Shown: positions 11,594 to 26,050 of the stretch, piece by piece
Numbering within the stretch: the stretch's first letter is position 1
How the letters are laid out: every line of letters begins with the position of its first letter
Source: Eledone cirrhosa
Taxonomy: Eukaryota
Direction: 5' to 3'
DNA length: 64,000 bases
Assembly (NCBI GenBank): GCA_964016885.1
Contig: OZ024741.1
Coordinates: 49,538,001-49,602,000 of the forward strand
Translations under genes and position numbers: made by a program
Notes under the pieces: generated by a model
What the model saw: the letters and a program-made list of their open reading frames with translations, nothing else
Databases searched by the model: none
What the model was told of the DNA's origin: nothing

Positions 11594-13967
11594 TGTGGTG
11601 GAACAATAAGGTAGATGAAGCAGTCAAGGCCAAGAGACAGGCATGGAAAGAATGGAAGAACGGGGGGAGCAGGGTACATTACATAGAGACCAAGAGGGAA
11701 GCTAGGCGACAAGTATACTTAGCTAGGAGGGAAGCAGAGGATAGAAAATTCAAGCATGTTTTACAACGTGAGGACCAGAAACAGGAGGTATTCAAGATTG
11801 CGAGGCAGTGTGTCAGAGATAGTTGTGATGTCATTGGAGAGAAGTGTATCCGGAATGATAAAGGTGAGCTTGCCCTCACAAGTGCTGAGAAGAAAGATGC
11901 ATGGAAGAGTCATTATGATAGATTACTAAATGAGGAGAATGCATGGGAAGAAGAGACCCTACCCCACGTAGACCCTATAGAGGGACCAGCAGTACAAGTC
12001 AGCGGCAGCGTAGTAAGTAAGGCAATCAGAGATATGAAGATAGGGAAGGCAACCGGTCCATCGGGTATAGCTGCCGAGATGCTGAAGGCATCTGGGTCTG
12101 TAGGTCACACTATAACCACACGTATCGTTAACCAGGTAATACTAGAGGGGGCCATACCAAAAGATTGGTGCAGTAGCATCATTGTCAACTGCTACAAAGG
12201 TAAAGGCGATGCACTAGATAGAGGAAACTATAGAGGTATAAAGTTGATGGACCAGGTCATGAAAGTAACAGAAAGAGTTATAGCACAGCTGATTAGGGAC
12301 CGGGTGAATATAGACGAGATGCAATTTGGGTTTGTTCCAGGGAAAGGCACCACTGATGCGCTCTTCCTTGTGAGGCAATTACAGGAAAAGTACCTAGCTA
12401 AAAGTAAGCCACTCTACTTGGCATTTGTCGACCTTGAGAAAGCCTTTGACAGAGTTCCACGTGCAGTAATCTGGTGGGCTCTTAGAAAACTAGGAGTAGA
12501 TGAATGGCTTGTGAAAGCGGTACAAGCCATGTATAGGGGAGCAGTCAGCAAAGTTAGGATTGGCAATGAGTATAGCGAGGAATTTAGCGTACAGGTTGGG
12601 GTCCACCAGGGCTCTGTTCTTAGCCCTCTCCTGTTCATCATAGTCCTGCAGGCAATAACGGAGGAGTTTAAGACCGGATGCCCATGGGAACTCCTGTATG
12701 CTGATGACCTCGCACTCATAGCTGAATCTATGGTAGAACTAGAGAATAAATTCCAAACCTGGAAGCAGGGACTAGAGAGAAAGGGCCTCAAAGTCAACAT
12801 GACAAAGACTAAGGTCCTTATAAGTAGACGAGAAAACAGAACCCAGATCCCCTCAGGGAAATGGCCTTGCTCAGTATGTAGGAAAGGTGTAGGTAGGAAC
12901 TCCATTCTCTGCCCCAAATGCAAACAATGGGTACACAAGAGATGTAGCGGGATCTCAGGAAGCTTAATTAAGAATGTAGGATTCACATGCAGCAGCTGTG
13001 CTGAAACAGCAAGCAAACAGCCACAGGAAACAAGTACCACCAATCTCTGGGAGGGCCCTGTAGAAACAGTAGACAGCTTCTGCTACCTAGGTGACCGAAT
13101 TAGCAACGGAGGTGGGTGCTCAGAAAGTACAATAACTAGGGTAAGAACGGGATGGAAGAAGTTTAGGGAACTACTACCACTGCTAGCTGCAAAAGGCTTC
13201 TCCCTCAGAATGAAAGGCAGACTGTATGATGCGTGTATCCGAACAGCGATGTTGCATGGTAGTGAGACCTGGGCGCTGAAGGTGGAAGACTTACGTAGAT
13301 TAGAGAGAAACGAAGCCTGCATGCTCCGATGGATGTGTAACAGTAATATACGTGAACGACAAAGCATAAATGAATTGAGAGAGAGACTGAGCATAAGAGG
13401 AATCAAATGCTGCGTGCAGGAGAGGCGGTTACGCTGGTATGGACATGTGATGCGTATGAAGGATGACAGCTGCATAAAAAGGTGCAGAGCACTAGAAGTT
13501 GATGGAAACCGCGGAGTGGGGAGACCCAAGATGACTTGGGATGAGGTGATAAAAGCCGACCTTACCCAACTACACCTCTCAAAGTCAATGACACACGACC
13601 GTGACTTCTGGCGTCACGCAGTAATACAGGGTACCCGACCTCCCATGGGTACATGCTGAAGCATATAAACAATATGCCCCCCCCCCCCCCCCACCGCAAG
13701 GTGGTCGTGGAGGTGCCACGGCAAAAAAGCACCCAGCCCACACTGTAAAGTGGACGTGTAGGCGCCACGAAAAAGCACCCAGCACTCACTGTAAATGAGG
13801 TTGGTGTTAGGAAGGGCATCCAGCTGTAGAAATCAAGCCAGATCAGTTCCTGTATGAGCAAGGCATGGTCAGCCGACCAGACACTGCCCACAACAGGACA
13901 ACCCGTCTAACCCATGCTAGCGTGGAAGAACGGACGTAAAACGGTGATGATGATGATGATGATGATG
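11594..13967 (+). mobile_element. RTE-clade LINE, subfamily B, 5'-truncated (no APE); uninterrupted RT ORF 11594-13659
   Basis: Continuous frame WWNNKV...NYRGIKL, QFGF, DLEKAFD, QGSVLSP, YADD, C4HC3 finger, [11 protein letters not shown]; (GAT)n tail. Confidence 0.96.
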
Positions 13968-14087
13968 TGTATATGTATATATATATGTATATATATATAT
14001 ATATATGTATATGTATATGTATATTTATATGTATATATGTATGTGTATATATATGTGTATATGTATATGTATATATATATGTATATA

Positions 14088-14122
<35 letters not shown>

Positions 14123-14267
14123 ATATATGTATATGTATATATATATGTATATGTATATATATATGTATATGTATATATATATGTATATGTATATGTATAT
14201 GTGTATATATATGTATATATATATGTATAGATATATGTATATGTATATATATATATATGTATATATA
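13967..14267. repeat. (TATG)n/(TA)n microsatellite
   Basis: Directly visible. Confidence 0.97.
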
Positions 14268-14309
14268 TCATCATCATCATCGTTTAACGTCCCTGTTCCA
14301 CGCTTATAT

Positions 14310-15905
14310 ATATATGGTTATACTTGGGGAGGGTCATATTTGTGTAATATTGCCAGAATTAATAACAGAACACACTCACTGTTTGGTTGGTTTTCGCTTC
14401 TCGCTGTCTTTTATATGGGTAATCTAACTTACTCGGTCCTCAATGTTGCCATTGACTGACCGACGGTCAAAAAATAATACAGATACAATATAGACACAAA
14501 CACATATATATAGTTTATCATAAATCTTTCATTGCACATCTGCAACATCGTCAGTGGTGTTATATTTTCCTCCTGTTGTGTTGTATGTCTACGCCATTTT
14601 TATTCAGTCTGTCTATATATTTATTTATTTATTTGCTTGTTTGTTTATTTTATTTTGTTTTCTTTGCGCATGCGTTTGCGTGTGTGTATAGTGTTATGTT
14701 TGCTGTGTGATGGGTGACTAGTGTGTGTTTATGTGCTTGTTGTTATTGTGCTTGTGTATGTATTTATTTATCTTATTTTATTTACTTATTTATACTTCTC
14801 TTAGGTCAGTGTTGTTTGTTTGGGTGTTGTTGTTATTCCATTCATTCTTTCTGTTTAGCTTTAGTCTTCTAATTTCTATTTCACTGGCCTCTCTGATTTG
14901 CCTATCTGCTGGGTCATTTCTATGTTTAGATATTATACTAATTTCTATGTTGTCTATGTTACCGTCATGTTGTTGTCTAGCATGTTCATATAGTACTGAC
15001 CCGTTTTTTCGTCCTTTTAGTTCCCCCCAGTGTTGGTCTATCCTTTCACCTATGCTACGAGCTGTCTCACCTATGTATGTTGTTGTCATGTTTCTGCAAG
15101 TACCCTCTGTACATCTTATGCTATAGACTACGTTTCTAGTTTTACAGTTTATCCGGGGGTTACATATGATACATTTCCTATTGGTACAGTGGGTTTTCTT
15201 AAAAGGGTAGGTATTGCTGATCAGGGATTTTATGGTGGTTCCTGGCTTTTCTACCACCTTTATTTTTAAGTGGGTCTTTCTCGGGGCCTTTCTACACTGG
15301 TTAGCTAATTTCCCTCCAAGGGTGGCGTCCACAAACATGACACTCTGGTATCTCTGGTTGTCGTACCATGAGGTGGCTTTCCCTATCTTATGTCTAGCCC
15401 TATCTAAGCTATTCCATGATTTGCTCCTGTATAATGGGCAAATTCCTTTCATGTCCAGTTCTATGAGGGTCTTATACTTTTCTATGGCTCCTTTGTATAC
15501 TCTGGCTCTGTCTCTTTGGTTGTAGCCAGAGAACTGCATGCGGTTGATGAAGTGTTGGATGTGTCTTTCCATTTCTGTTGGGTCGCACATGTGGGACACA
15601 TTCTTCATCACTCGTACCAAATCTGCGATCAGAATATTAAACTTAGCACTACTCGACATTGCTGAATTTTTGAGTATCAGGTATTTGGAGGCCATGGGTT
15701 TAGCATAGTGTGAGTGGAGAATTCGGGCTCTCTCGTCTATAGTGTTAATCCAGAGTTCTGTGTCTAATACAGGTAGTCTATTGTTAGGGTGTTTGGAAGG
15801 GAAGTCGATAGTTACAGTTATACTCTGGTGTATGGAATTAGCTATCTGCTGGATGCTTTCCATCGTGCTACGTTCTAAATCAAACTTGTTAGTGCTCTCT
15901 AGTGG
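14310..15905 (-). mobile_element. Penelope-like element, 5'-truncated (RT C-terminus, linker, GIY-YIG EN, 3' pLTR)
   Basis: ORF 14790-15863: LPVLD, HYAKP, CTNRKCIIC, NVVYSIRC..YIGETARSIGERIDQH, RQIREA; HHR at 14517-14558. Confidence 0.9.
14517..14558 (-). ncRNA. Minimal type-I hammerhead ribozyme
   Basis: Minus strand ACCA-CTGACGA-T-GTTGCA(GATG)TGCAAT-GAAA-GATT-TA-TGAT, downstream of the PLE ORF on the same strand. Confidence 0.75.
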
Positions 15906-15911
15906 GGGTGT

Positions 15912-16174
15912 TTATGTATATATGTATGTATATATGTATATATATATATATATGTATATATATATGTATATATGTATACATATATAAATATGTATATATG
16001 TATACATATATATATATATGTATATATGTATACATATATATATATGTATACATATATGTATATATATGTATATATGTATACATATATATATGTATATATG
16101 TATACATATATATATATATGTATACATATATGTATATATATATATATATATGTATATATATTTATACATATATG

Positions 16175-16211
<37 letters not shown>

Positions 16212-16287
16212 GTATATATATGTATATATATATATGTATATGTATATATGTATATGTATATATGTATATGTATATATATGTATATAC
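15912..16287. repeat. (TA)n-derived microsatellite
   Basis: Directly visible. Confidence 0.97.
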
Positions 16288-17442
16288 ATGACAAAGACTA
16301 AGGTCCTTGTAAGTAGACGAGAAAACAGAACCCAGATCCCCTCAGGGAAATGGCCTTGCTCAGTATGTAGGAAAGGTGTAGGTAGGAACTCCATTCTCTG
16401 CCCCAAATGCAAACAATGGGTGCACAAGAGATGTAGCGGGATCTCAGGAAGCTTAATTAAGAATGTAGGATTCACATGCAGCAGCTGTGCTGAAACAGCA
16501 AGCAGCAAACAGCCACAGGAAACAAGTATCACCAATCTCTGGGAGGGCCCTGTAGAAACAGTAGACAGCTTCTGCTACCTAGGTGACCGAATTAGCAACG
16601 GAGGTGGGTGTTCAGAAAGTACAATAACTAGGGTAAGAACGGGATGGAAGAAGTTTAGGGAACTACTACCACTGCTAGCTGCAAAAGGCTTCTCCCTCAG
16701 AATGAAAGGCAGACTGTATGATGCGTGTATCCGAACAGCGATGTTGCATGGTAGTGAGACCTGGGCGCTGAAGGTGGAAGACTTACGTAGATTAGAGAGA
16801 AACGAAGCCTGCATGCTCCGATGGATGTGTAACAGTAATATACGTGAACGACAAAGCATAAATGAATTGAGAGAGAGACTGAGCATAAGAGGAATCAAAT
16901 GCTGTGTGCAGGAGAGGCGGTTGCGCTGGTATGGACATGTGATGCGTATGAAGGATGACAGCTGCATAAAAAGGTGCAGAGCACTAGAAGTTGATGGAAA
17001 CCGCGGAGTGGGGAGACCCAAGATGACCTGGGATGAGGTGATAAAAGCCGACCTTACCCAATTACACCTCTCAAAGACAATGACACACGACCGTGACTTC
17101 TGGCGTCACGCAGTAATACAGAGTACCCGACCTCCCATGGGTACATGCTGAAGCATATAAACAATATGCCCCCACACCCCCCACCGCAAGGTGGTCGTGG
17201 AGGTGCCTCGGCAAAAAAGCACCCAGCCCACACTGTAAAGTGGACGTGTAGGCGCCACGAAAAAGCACCCAGCACTCACTGTAAATGAGGTTGGTGTTAG
17301 GAAGGGCTTCCAGCTGTAGAAATCAAGCCAGATCAGTTCCTGTATGAGCAAGGCATGGTCAGCCGACCAGACACTGCACACAACAGGACAACCCGTCTAA
17401 CCCATGCTAGCGTGGAAGAATGGACGTAAAACGGTGATGATG

Positions 17443-17447
<5 letters not shown>
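16287..17447 (+). mobile_element. RTE subfamily B, 5'-truncated
   Basis: Near-identical to about 12798-13967; (GAT)n tail. Confidence 0.95.
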
Positions 17448-18955
<1,508 letters not shown>

Positions 18956-19319
18956 TCTTCTGTTAGTATATATAATCTTTATAGGAAGTTATTCTGGGCC
19001 AATATGTGTTCCTAGTGGCAATGTTGCTGGTTACATAAACAATAAAGTCAAAATAATAAAACTAGTTGGTGTTAGTGGTGGTGAGGGTGGTGGTGGTGGT
19101 GGAGGTGGGGCGGATGGGGTGAGGGAGTGGGAGGGGAGAATGTTGCCAAACCCATTATTGCAAAGATTAACTTGTCTGAAATGACAGAGATCTATTGACA
19201 ATAATAACACTCTGATCTATTCATGTTCAGACACATTCTGTTCTTGCTGCCAACAAAGTTGGCCAGTAACTCCCAGAAAACATTTAATCAACCAACATAG
19301 AATCTGGCAGTTGACCCAC

Positions 19320-19625
19320 CTTTTCTTTATTTATTTGTTTTTCTTTCTTCCTTTCTTTCTTTCTTTATTTGTTTTTCTTTCTTTTTCTTTTTCTCTTTCT
19401 TTTTCTTTTTCTTTTTCTCTTTCTTTTTCTTTTTCTCTTTCTTTTTCTCTTTCTTTTTCTTTCTTTTTCTTTCTTTTTCTATCTTTCTTTTCCTTTCTCC
19501 TTTTCTTTCTTCTCTCTCTCTCTCTTTCTTTTTTCTTTTTCTTTTTCTTTTTCTTTCTTTTTTTCTTTCTTTCTTTCTCTTTCCTTTTTTCTTTTTCTCT
19601 TTCTTTCTTTCTTTCTCTTTTTTTA
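19320..19625. repeat. Polypyrimidine (TTTTTC/CT) low-complexity tract
   Basis: Directly visible. Confidence 0.93.
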
Positions 19626-20439
19626 CTTGAATACCAAAACCTGGCCACCTCTGCTACTTGTTAAAAACTCTCCATCAGATTAATTAATTTGTAACCTATT
19701 GTGGGTTCTCAAGGCTGCTTCTTCTCCTTGCTGTAATTTATTTATTTATTTAATCATTGTTTTCTTTATTATGCTTCTCCATTTTTTTTTTTATCTTTTT
19801 ATCTTCAGAGAAAGCAGAGATCTGATTTTTTTTTTGATTTATTTATATCTGTTTATTTTATATATTTTTTTTATTTAGGTTTGCTTTTTGTTTTGTGTAT
19901 GTGGGGAGGATGGGGGGGGGGCGTTTACCCTCCACCCCTCCGTGTGTGAGGGGGGGGTGTTCTACCCCCACCCCACCATGTGGGTGGGGGGGCATCTACC
20001 CTCCACCCCTGTGTGTGTGTGTGTGTGTGTGTGATATTGCGCAAAAAGGTATTCAGGTGTTTGGGAAATAGAAGACATAGGGATGTTAGTGTAGCAAAGT
20101 TGCATGCACTGACCTGCAGTAAAAGCATTTAGTTTGTTTGTTGCTTGGTTTACTTTCTTATTTATTCATCTCACATTTTTGAGACATGTACTTACACATC
20201 TCATTGAGGTTTATACGCATATATATATATATGTGTGTGTGTGTGTATTCATATACATATATCATCATCGTTGTTTAACGTCTATTTCCCACGCTAGCAT
20301 GGGTAGGACGGTTTGGCCCTTTGGGAGAGAATCAGGTCAGAGGACCATACTTTGCTCAACCGGGGTTGAATTATACACACACACATCATCATCATTTTAC
20401 ATCAGCTTTTATATATACATACATACATATATACATACA

Positions 20440-21047
20440 TGGTGGCTGCCAACTCGTTTTCGAGTACGGCCACTACTTTATATCTATGTAGGAGAACCCC
20501 TACCGATGCGCTGAACGGGTGTGACTTTTTAGTCCAGCCAGCGACTTCAAAACTCTGCTACAAACACTACACTTGTGACAATTATTGACACATAGTGCTG
20601 GGCCCATGGTACCATGTGACGACAAGTGCAGAGAGATCTCCAGATATAAAGCAATGCCTGTGCCGTGAAGCTTTTATAGTGAGCAAAGGTGCTGCACAAA
20701 GCCAGTCCCACTCTCTTAACCAAGATGATATTTACCAAAAAGAAGAACAAGTCAACATCATTGGATACCATCAGGGTTGCAGGTGTTATATCAGAGTTTT
20801 CCTTCTCCTAGAATTCTGCCTTGACAAAGGCTAAGGGTCATCTCGCCCAGTGATTTTGGATGGCCATTAACTCTTAAGAGCTCCTTTGCCCTTTGACAGG
20901 TTTTGTTTTTAGTCCTGCAGGATGTCCAAAGTCACCCTCCTCACCAAGAAACCTTGGTGGGGTTGCCAGTTTAGTCGCCAACGACCCGACCATGAGACAG
21001 GTTGTACTGGGATACATGTTACCAGTAGCACCAACTGATGTCCTGAC
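20440..21047 (-). mobile_element. Probable GC-richer 5' UTR remnant of another LINE (RTE-like)
   Basis: GC-richer island between microsatellites; minus-strand TACTGGTAACATGTATCCCAGTA hairpin and GGCAACCCC resemble RTE 5' UTRs from recall only. Confidence 0.35.
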
Positions 21048-21060
21048 ACACATACATACA

Positions 21061-21093
<33 letters not shown>

Positions 21094-21442
21094 TAGTCAA
21101 ATTTATACATTCCCATAATTAGAATGTTAATAGCATTGTGCATGATGTATTCATGTGTACACATGCATACACACACACACACCCACACACAAGGGCAGAG
21201 AGAGTGCAACAAATATTTGTGTGTTGTCCCAAGTTGATAATATCATCGACATTCAGTTAAGAAGTCAGTTATTTACATCTTGTTACTGTTGGTGTGTAAT
21301 GTCTATAGGGAAGTCAAACTGGCCATTGACCAATCCATTTAGCTGAAATACTAAATTGAAATATAGTTTATCTCACAGATTTGAGTTTGGATCATCCTAA
21401 GTGGTCCAGTCATTTTCGAAGAATGAACAGACACACATTTAA

Positions 21443-22045
21443 CCCTTTAGCATTTACATTACTCTATATTTACTATTGTATTTTCATAGTAAAGGCTTTA
21501 TCTCACATAATTATCTCACATAATATTGAATCTGAGATTTTGATATTATTTATTGTGGTTTGGCAGTATCGGTAGAGCGTCAAACACCATGCTTTGCAGC
21601 ATAGTTATGGTCCTTTGTGTTCTGAGTTCAAATCCGCCAAAGTTAACTTTGCCTTTCATCCTTACGAGGTCGATAAAATAAAGTACCAGTGATGCACTGG
21701 GGAAATCGCTGGCCTTGTGCCAAAAGTAGAAACTCTAGAGAGGGCAGTGGATTGGCAGTATCGGTAGAGGGTTGGATGCCATGCTTTGATGCATAGAGTT
21801 ACGGCCCTTGCCATTCTGAGTTCAAATCCCGCCGAGGTTAACTTTGCCTTTCATCCTTATGGGGTTGATAAAATAAAGTACCAGTAATGCACTGGGTAAT
21901 TGCTGGCCTTGTGCCAAAAGTAGAAACAATTATTTATTTTGTGAACAATACCTTAGCGTCAGTATGAGTGGCTGGTTACAGCCTGTTTGAACTGAAAGAA
22001 GTGAGAGAATTCTGGCCAGATATGGTCGGTTTAAATGCTAAAGGG
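21443..22045. mobile_element. piggyBac-type MITE (TTAA TSD) with two SINEs nested inside
   Basis: TTAA-CCCTTTAGCATTTA ... TAAATGCTAAAGGG-TTAA; uninterrupted inverted copy at 55823-56040. Confidence 0.85.
21556..21935 (+). mobile_element. Two tandem tRNA-derived SINEs (Nin/Deu-domain type)
   Basis: A box TGGCAGTATCGG, B box GAGTTCAAATCC, core GCCTTTCATCCTT..GGTCGATAAAATAAAGTACCAG. Confidence 0.85.
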
Positions 22046-22094
22046 TTAAAGCTATCAAACTATTTACACATGTATATGTAACTATGTATTGGTG

Positions 22095-22890
22095 TAGATA
22101 TACATAGAAAGAGGGACAAGAAGCTGATACTGATAGGGAAGTGGTCTTGCTTGAGGTGAGAAAAAGAGATGGGCAGAAATTGCATGTAGTGCACACAATG
22201 TAATCTATGGATGCACAAGAGATGTACTGGGATTGATGGCTGGTTAACGGAGAAGATAAAGCTTGTATGCAGCAGATGCACAGAAGTAAACACTAAGATC
22301 ACATATGAAATAGATTCCTCCAGTTGCCAGGGAGACAGCCTAGAAGTTCTTGGCAGCTTTTGTTACCAAACTGATCAAATCAGTAGTGGGGTAGGATGCA
22401 TTAAATGTGTGATAGCTGGGGTAAGAATGGGCTGGATGAAGTTTAGGGCGCTAGAATTGCTGCTGACAATAGTCTCTCTCTCCTTCTCTCTCTCTGTGAA
22501 GGGTGGACTGTATGGTGTCTGCATGTAAACTGTAATGCTACATGGCAGTGAAAAATGAATCTTAATTACAGCAGATCTGAGATGGCTTGAGAGGAATGAA
22601 GCAAGTATGATCCAATGGGTGTGTAATGTTAATGTACAGAATTGATGTAGCATAAGTGAACTGAGAGAATAGCTTTTGGATGTAGTGTGCAAAAAAGATT
22701 GCATTGGTATTGACATGTGATGCATATAGAAGATGACAGTTATATAAAGAAGTGCAGAGAAATCTCAGTCGATTGAACTCATGGAAGAAATAGACACAGG
22801 AAGACATGGGATGAAGTAGTGAGGACTGACCTTAAGACAATGAACCTTACGATAGTGATGATAAAGAACTGCATAGATCGGCAATATGCT
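22095..22890 (+). mobile_element. Decayed older RTE fragment (finger to C-terminus)
   Basis: MHKRCTGI..CSRC..SFCY..DQISSGVG..VRMGWMKFRAL homologous to the young copies; many stops. Confidence 0.8.
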
Positions 22891-23229
22891 CTACCCATCC
22901 AAGTACTTCCACTACCATTACTTAGCTATTCTCACCATTTCTGTACACTTTCACCCCTACTCTATCCAGGATCACTCCCAACGTCCAAACCTTATCTTGA
23001 ATTCACCACCAACTAAAATGTTGATACATTAGTCATAATCCCATAGTGGCTGTTATCAACAGTTATCCCACACTATCAGAGGTCACCTCCTCCTCTGACC
23101 CATCACTCTACTAAATCCCACTAATCTACTACACTTGTCATGCAACCATGACACCATACTTAGCCATCCTACTGGTCCCATTCTGGCCCTATCTGTAGAG
23201 AGAGCTCTTTAGTTGAGTTGAGTCAATGG

Positions 23230-23640
23230 CAGTCAACCTCTCTAGTGCTGTGCCATGAAAAAAATGAACCCAGTACAATCTATAAATTGGTTGGTGGTAA
23301 GAAAGGCATCCTGTTGTAGAAACCCTTCCAAAAACATGTTGGAAGACCCTTTATTTGTACCAAATGTACGGCAACCTCCTTAGTGTTGATCTACACAATA
23401 ACTCATCTGGTACACTCTGTAAAATAGTTGGTAATAGGAAGGGAATTCTGGTGTAGAAAACCTGCCAAACAGGGTTGGAAGGACCCTTCATTTGTGCCAA
23501 AAACACAACCTCCCTAGTGTTGATTTACACAATAAGCATATCTGGTACACTCTGTAATATGGTTGGTGATAGGAATGGCATCCAAACAGAGGATTGGAAA
23601 GACACTTCAGCTACGTCAAAGAGATGACAGATTCCCTAGT
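23230..23640 (+). repeat. Tandemly reiterated RTE 3'-UTR module (about 130-bp unit, 3 copies)
   Basis: Repeated TAAA.TGGTTGGT..TAGGAAGGGCATCC..GTAGAAA motif. Confidence 0.65.
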
Positions 23641-23849
23641 TTTGGTGCCACTAGAAAATGCAATTGATAGAGCATGGAAACATATGTAAGAGAGATGTAG
23701 CCACCAGCTCATCTAAGCACTCGGTAGAGCACAAAAACATATGTAAATGAGATGCAGGCCTCTGTTCCATCTGAGAGCTCAGTAACTTGAGTACTGATTT
23801 AGTTTGTGAGAAACCATCGAACCCTTCCTAGCAGGTAGTATGCACCATA

Positions 23850-24040
23850 CGACGTCCATTTTTTCATGCTGGCATGGGCTAGATGATTTGTGTTGAGAAC
23901 AATGCCAGGTCAGGTGACCATGTCTTGCTGATACAGAACTGATTCTGGCTTGATTTCTACAGCTGGATGTCCTTCCTAATGTCAACCTCATTTACAGTGA
24001 GTACTGGGTGCTTTTTGTCGTGACACCTACACCACTACTT
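23850..24040 (-). mobile_element. RTE 3'-tail fragment
   Basis: Reverse complement of the subfamily B 3' UTR motifs. Confidence 0.75.
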
Positions 24041-24795
24041 TACATATATATATATATATATATATGCCATATATGTCAGTGTACAAGTCAACATTTGGAG
24101 CCTAAAAATATCCCTCCAAAACCAGGAGTCGACTTCTCCGCTGAATATAAAATGTGAACCTGTACCACTGAGGGGTAAACAGTGAAACTGCTACCTAACA
24201 CCCGTTATACACCACTTACCATAACTCTAGCAGTCCACCACAATTATTTTCTACTGAATGTCATATTTGATAAGTCTATTTAATGTAGAGATTATAATAA
24301 TATCAATGACTTGCTGTAGCTCATAGGGTAGGTTACCATAAGTTTGTCAAGGTTAGGCTTGGCTGGTTTATTCAGTGAGTTAGAACTCACTTGCGACTGA
24401 AGTGTTTAGTGTTTATTTCCATGTTTTATATTTTGTGCAAATAAAAAATGGCAAGCGCATCTAGGGCTGGGGAGATGGTACAGTCTTACTTTTGTGGGAG
24501 TCGTCTTATCTGGTGAATATAGGCCTAATCCTGAATTACACCTCAGAATTGTAGAGGTTGATATATGTGCTGAATCGACTTGTACACCAGCATATGCAGT
24601 ATATATTCACACACGCGCGCCTTTTTCAGAATTCATTAAAAACACACTAAATGGTGACATGTCTATCTGTAAACATGCATTATAATCTACCAATTTATTT
24701 GTTTATCTTGCTTTTCCTAACTTTTTTTTCACTGATGCTTATATTCCCTTTTATCAACAACCCACTGCCTCACAAGAAAACATATACACCCATCT

Positions 24796-24830
<35 letters not shown>

Positions 24831-24941
24831 ACTTCAACATTATTATATTAATATTCATTGGTATATATATATATATATGTCCCAAGGCTCTGATACCATC
24901 AACACCAAAAACACAGAGCTGGCATATCTAAGAACCGACTA

Positions 24942-24997
24942 ACTGCCTGATGAGGTCATAGCCATTCAATGGTTATCATCGAAATATATATAGCAGT
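24942..24997 (+). ncRNA. Minimal type-I hammerhead ribozyme
   Basis: ACTGC-CTGATGA-GGTCATAGCCATTCAATGGTTATCATC-GAAA-TATATA-TA-GCAGT; in a module of about 165 bp between TA runs. Confidence 0.85.
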
Positions 24998-25326
24998 AAA
25001 TAAAGGATTATGAGTTCATGCAATTGACTTATGTTTCGTCACTATATATATATATATATTGTTGTTGTAGTTGTTGTTGTTGTTGTCTGTAGGTAGTTGT
25101 CAACTAAATATATACCCCACCTCACTCAGAGCTCCTTTTATTGCTTCAACTGTCTACTGGGTTTTGGCTGCACGCAGTTCTTTGTTCTTTTCGTCTTTTT
25201 TCGTTGATAGATTTTTCTAACAAACATGACGGCTGGCAAACCCTTCAAGGAACTCATATGTATGCTGGGCACACAGGCATTAGGATGTGTGTTTACCTGC
25301 CATTGACATATCAAATATATTGATTT

Positions 25327-25414
25327 TCATCTGAGGAAACCGTTCTCATAATCAACAGCAAATACATGAAGGACATCTCGATTTCATGGAGAACCGTGGA
25401 AATAATTATTATGA
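25327..25414 (+). ncRNA. Degenerate hammerhead ribozyme with long stem II
   Basis: TCAT-CTGAGGA-..GTTCTC...GAGAAC..-GAAA-TAATTA-TT-ATGA. Confidence 0.6.
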
Positions 25415-25468
25415 TTAAACGATATATGTAACCTCAGCATCTTATTTTGTCATTTTTATATATATATA

Positions 25469-25712
25469 TCATCATCATCATCATCATCATTATCGTTTAA
25501 TGTCTATTCCCCCATGCTAGTATGGGCTAGACAGATTGTCCTGTTTTAGGTAAGACGGGTCAGGTGACCATGTTTTGTTCATACAGAACTGTGTCTGGCT
25601 TGGTTTCTACAGGTGGATGCCTTTCCTAATGCCAACCACATTTACAGTGAGTGCTGGGTGCTTTTTGTTGTGACACCTACATGACCACTTTACAGGGTGG
25701 GCTGGGAGGTTT
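25469..25712 (-). mobile_element. RTE 3'-tail insertion
   Basis: (CAT)n followed by the reverse complement of the conserved 3' UTR motifs. Confidence 0.8.
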
Positions 25713-25975
25713 TATACTTCAACATTATTATATTAATAATCATTGGTATATATATATATACACTTACACACATACACACATTTAAAAACACCAGAAAGCT
25801 AGTCTGGAAAGCTTCTTTAAAGTTTTAAATTCATGAAAACACTATACGTATTTCAATAGCCCATTACTATAACACCGAATTGGTAAGCCATTCCCAAACC
25901 AAATCTGTCCTCTATTTTCTTTTCTGTTTGTGTTTGCTGTAATCCTGTTATCATATATAACTAATTTTGCAATTA

Positions 25976-26050
25976 GCACCTGATGAAATTGCCCAAGTCT
26001 TGTATCATGATCAGATTATCAATAATGGGCCATTGAAATATGTATAGTGT
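25976..26050 (+). ncRNA. Hammerhead ribozyme in a fold-back module (about 25780-26200)
   Basis: GCAC-CTGATGA-AATTGCCCA...TGGGCCATT-GAAA-TATGTA-TA-GTGT; inverted partial copy at about 25782-25866 shows stem III as the perfect palindrome TACGTA. Confidence 0.75.

Noticed and set aside
12414-13529. Recurrent antisense ORFs in RTE copies
   Set aside because: Shadow frames repeated only because the copies are near-identical; no recognisable domain
11008-13659. 883-aa ORF as a single novel fusion protein
   Set aside because: The first ~195 aa are chance read-through of flank and TA repeat into a 5'-truncated RTE ORF
19331-19648. Lys/Glu/Arg-rich ORF
   Set aside because: Reverse translation of a CT-rich simple repeat
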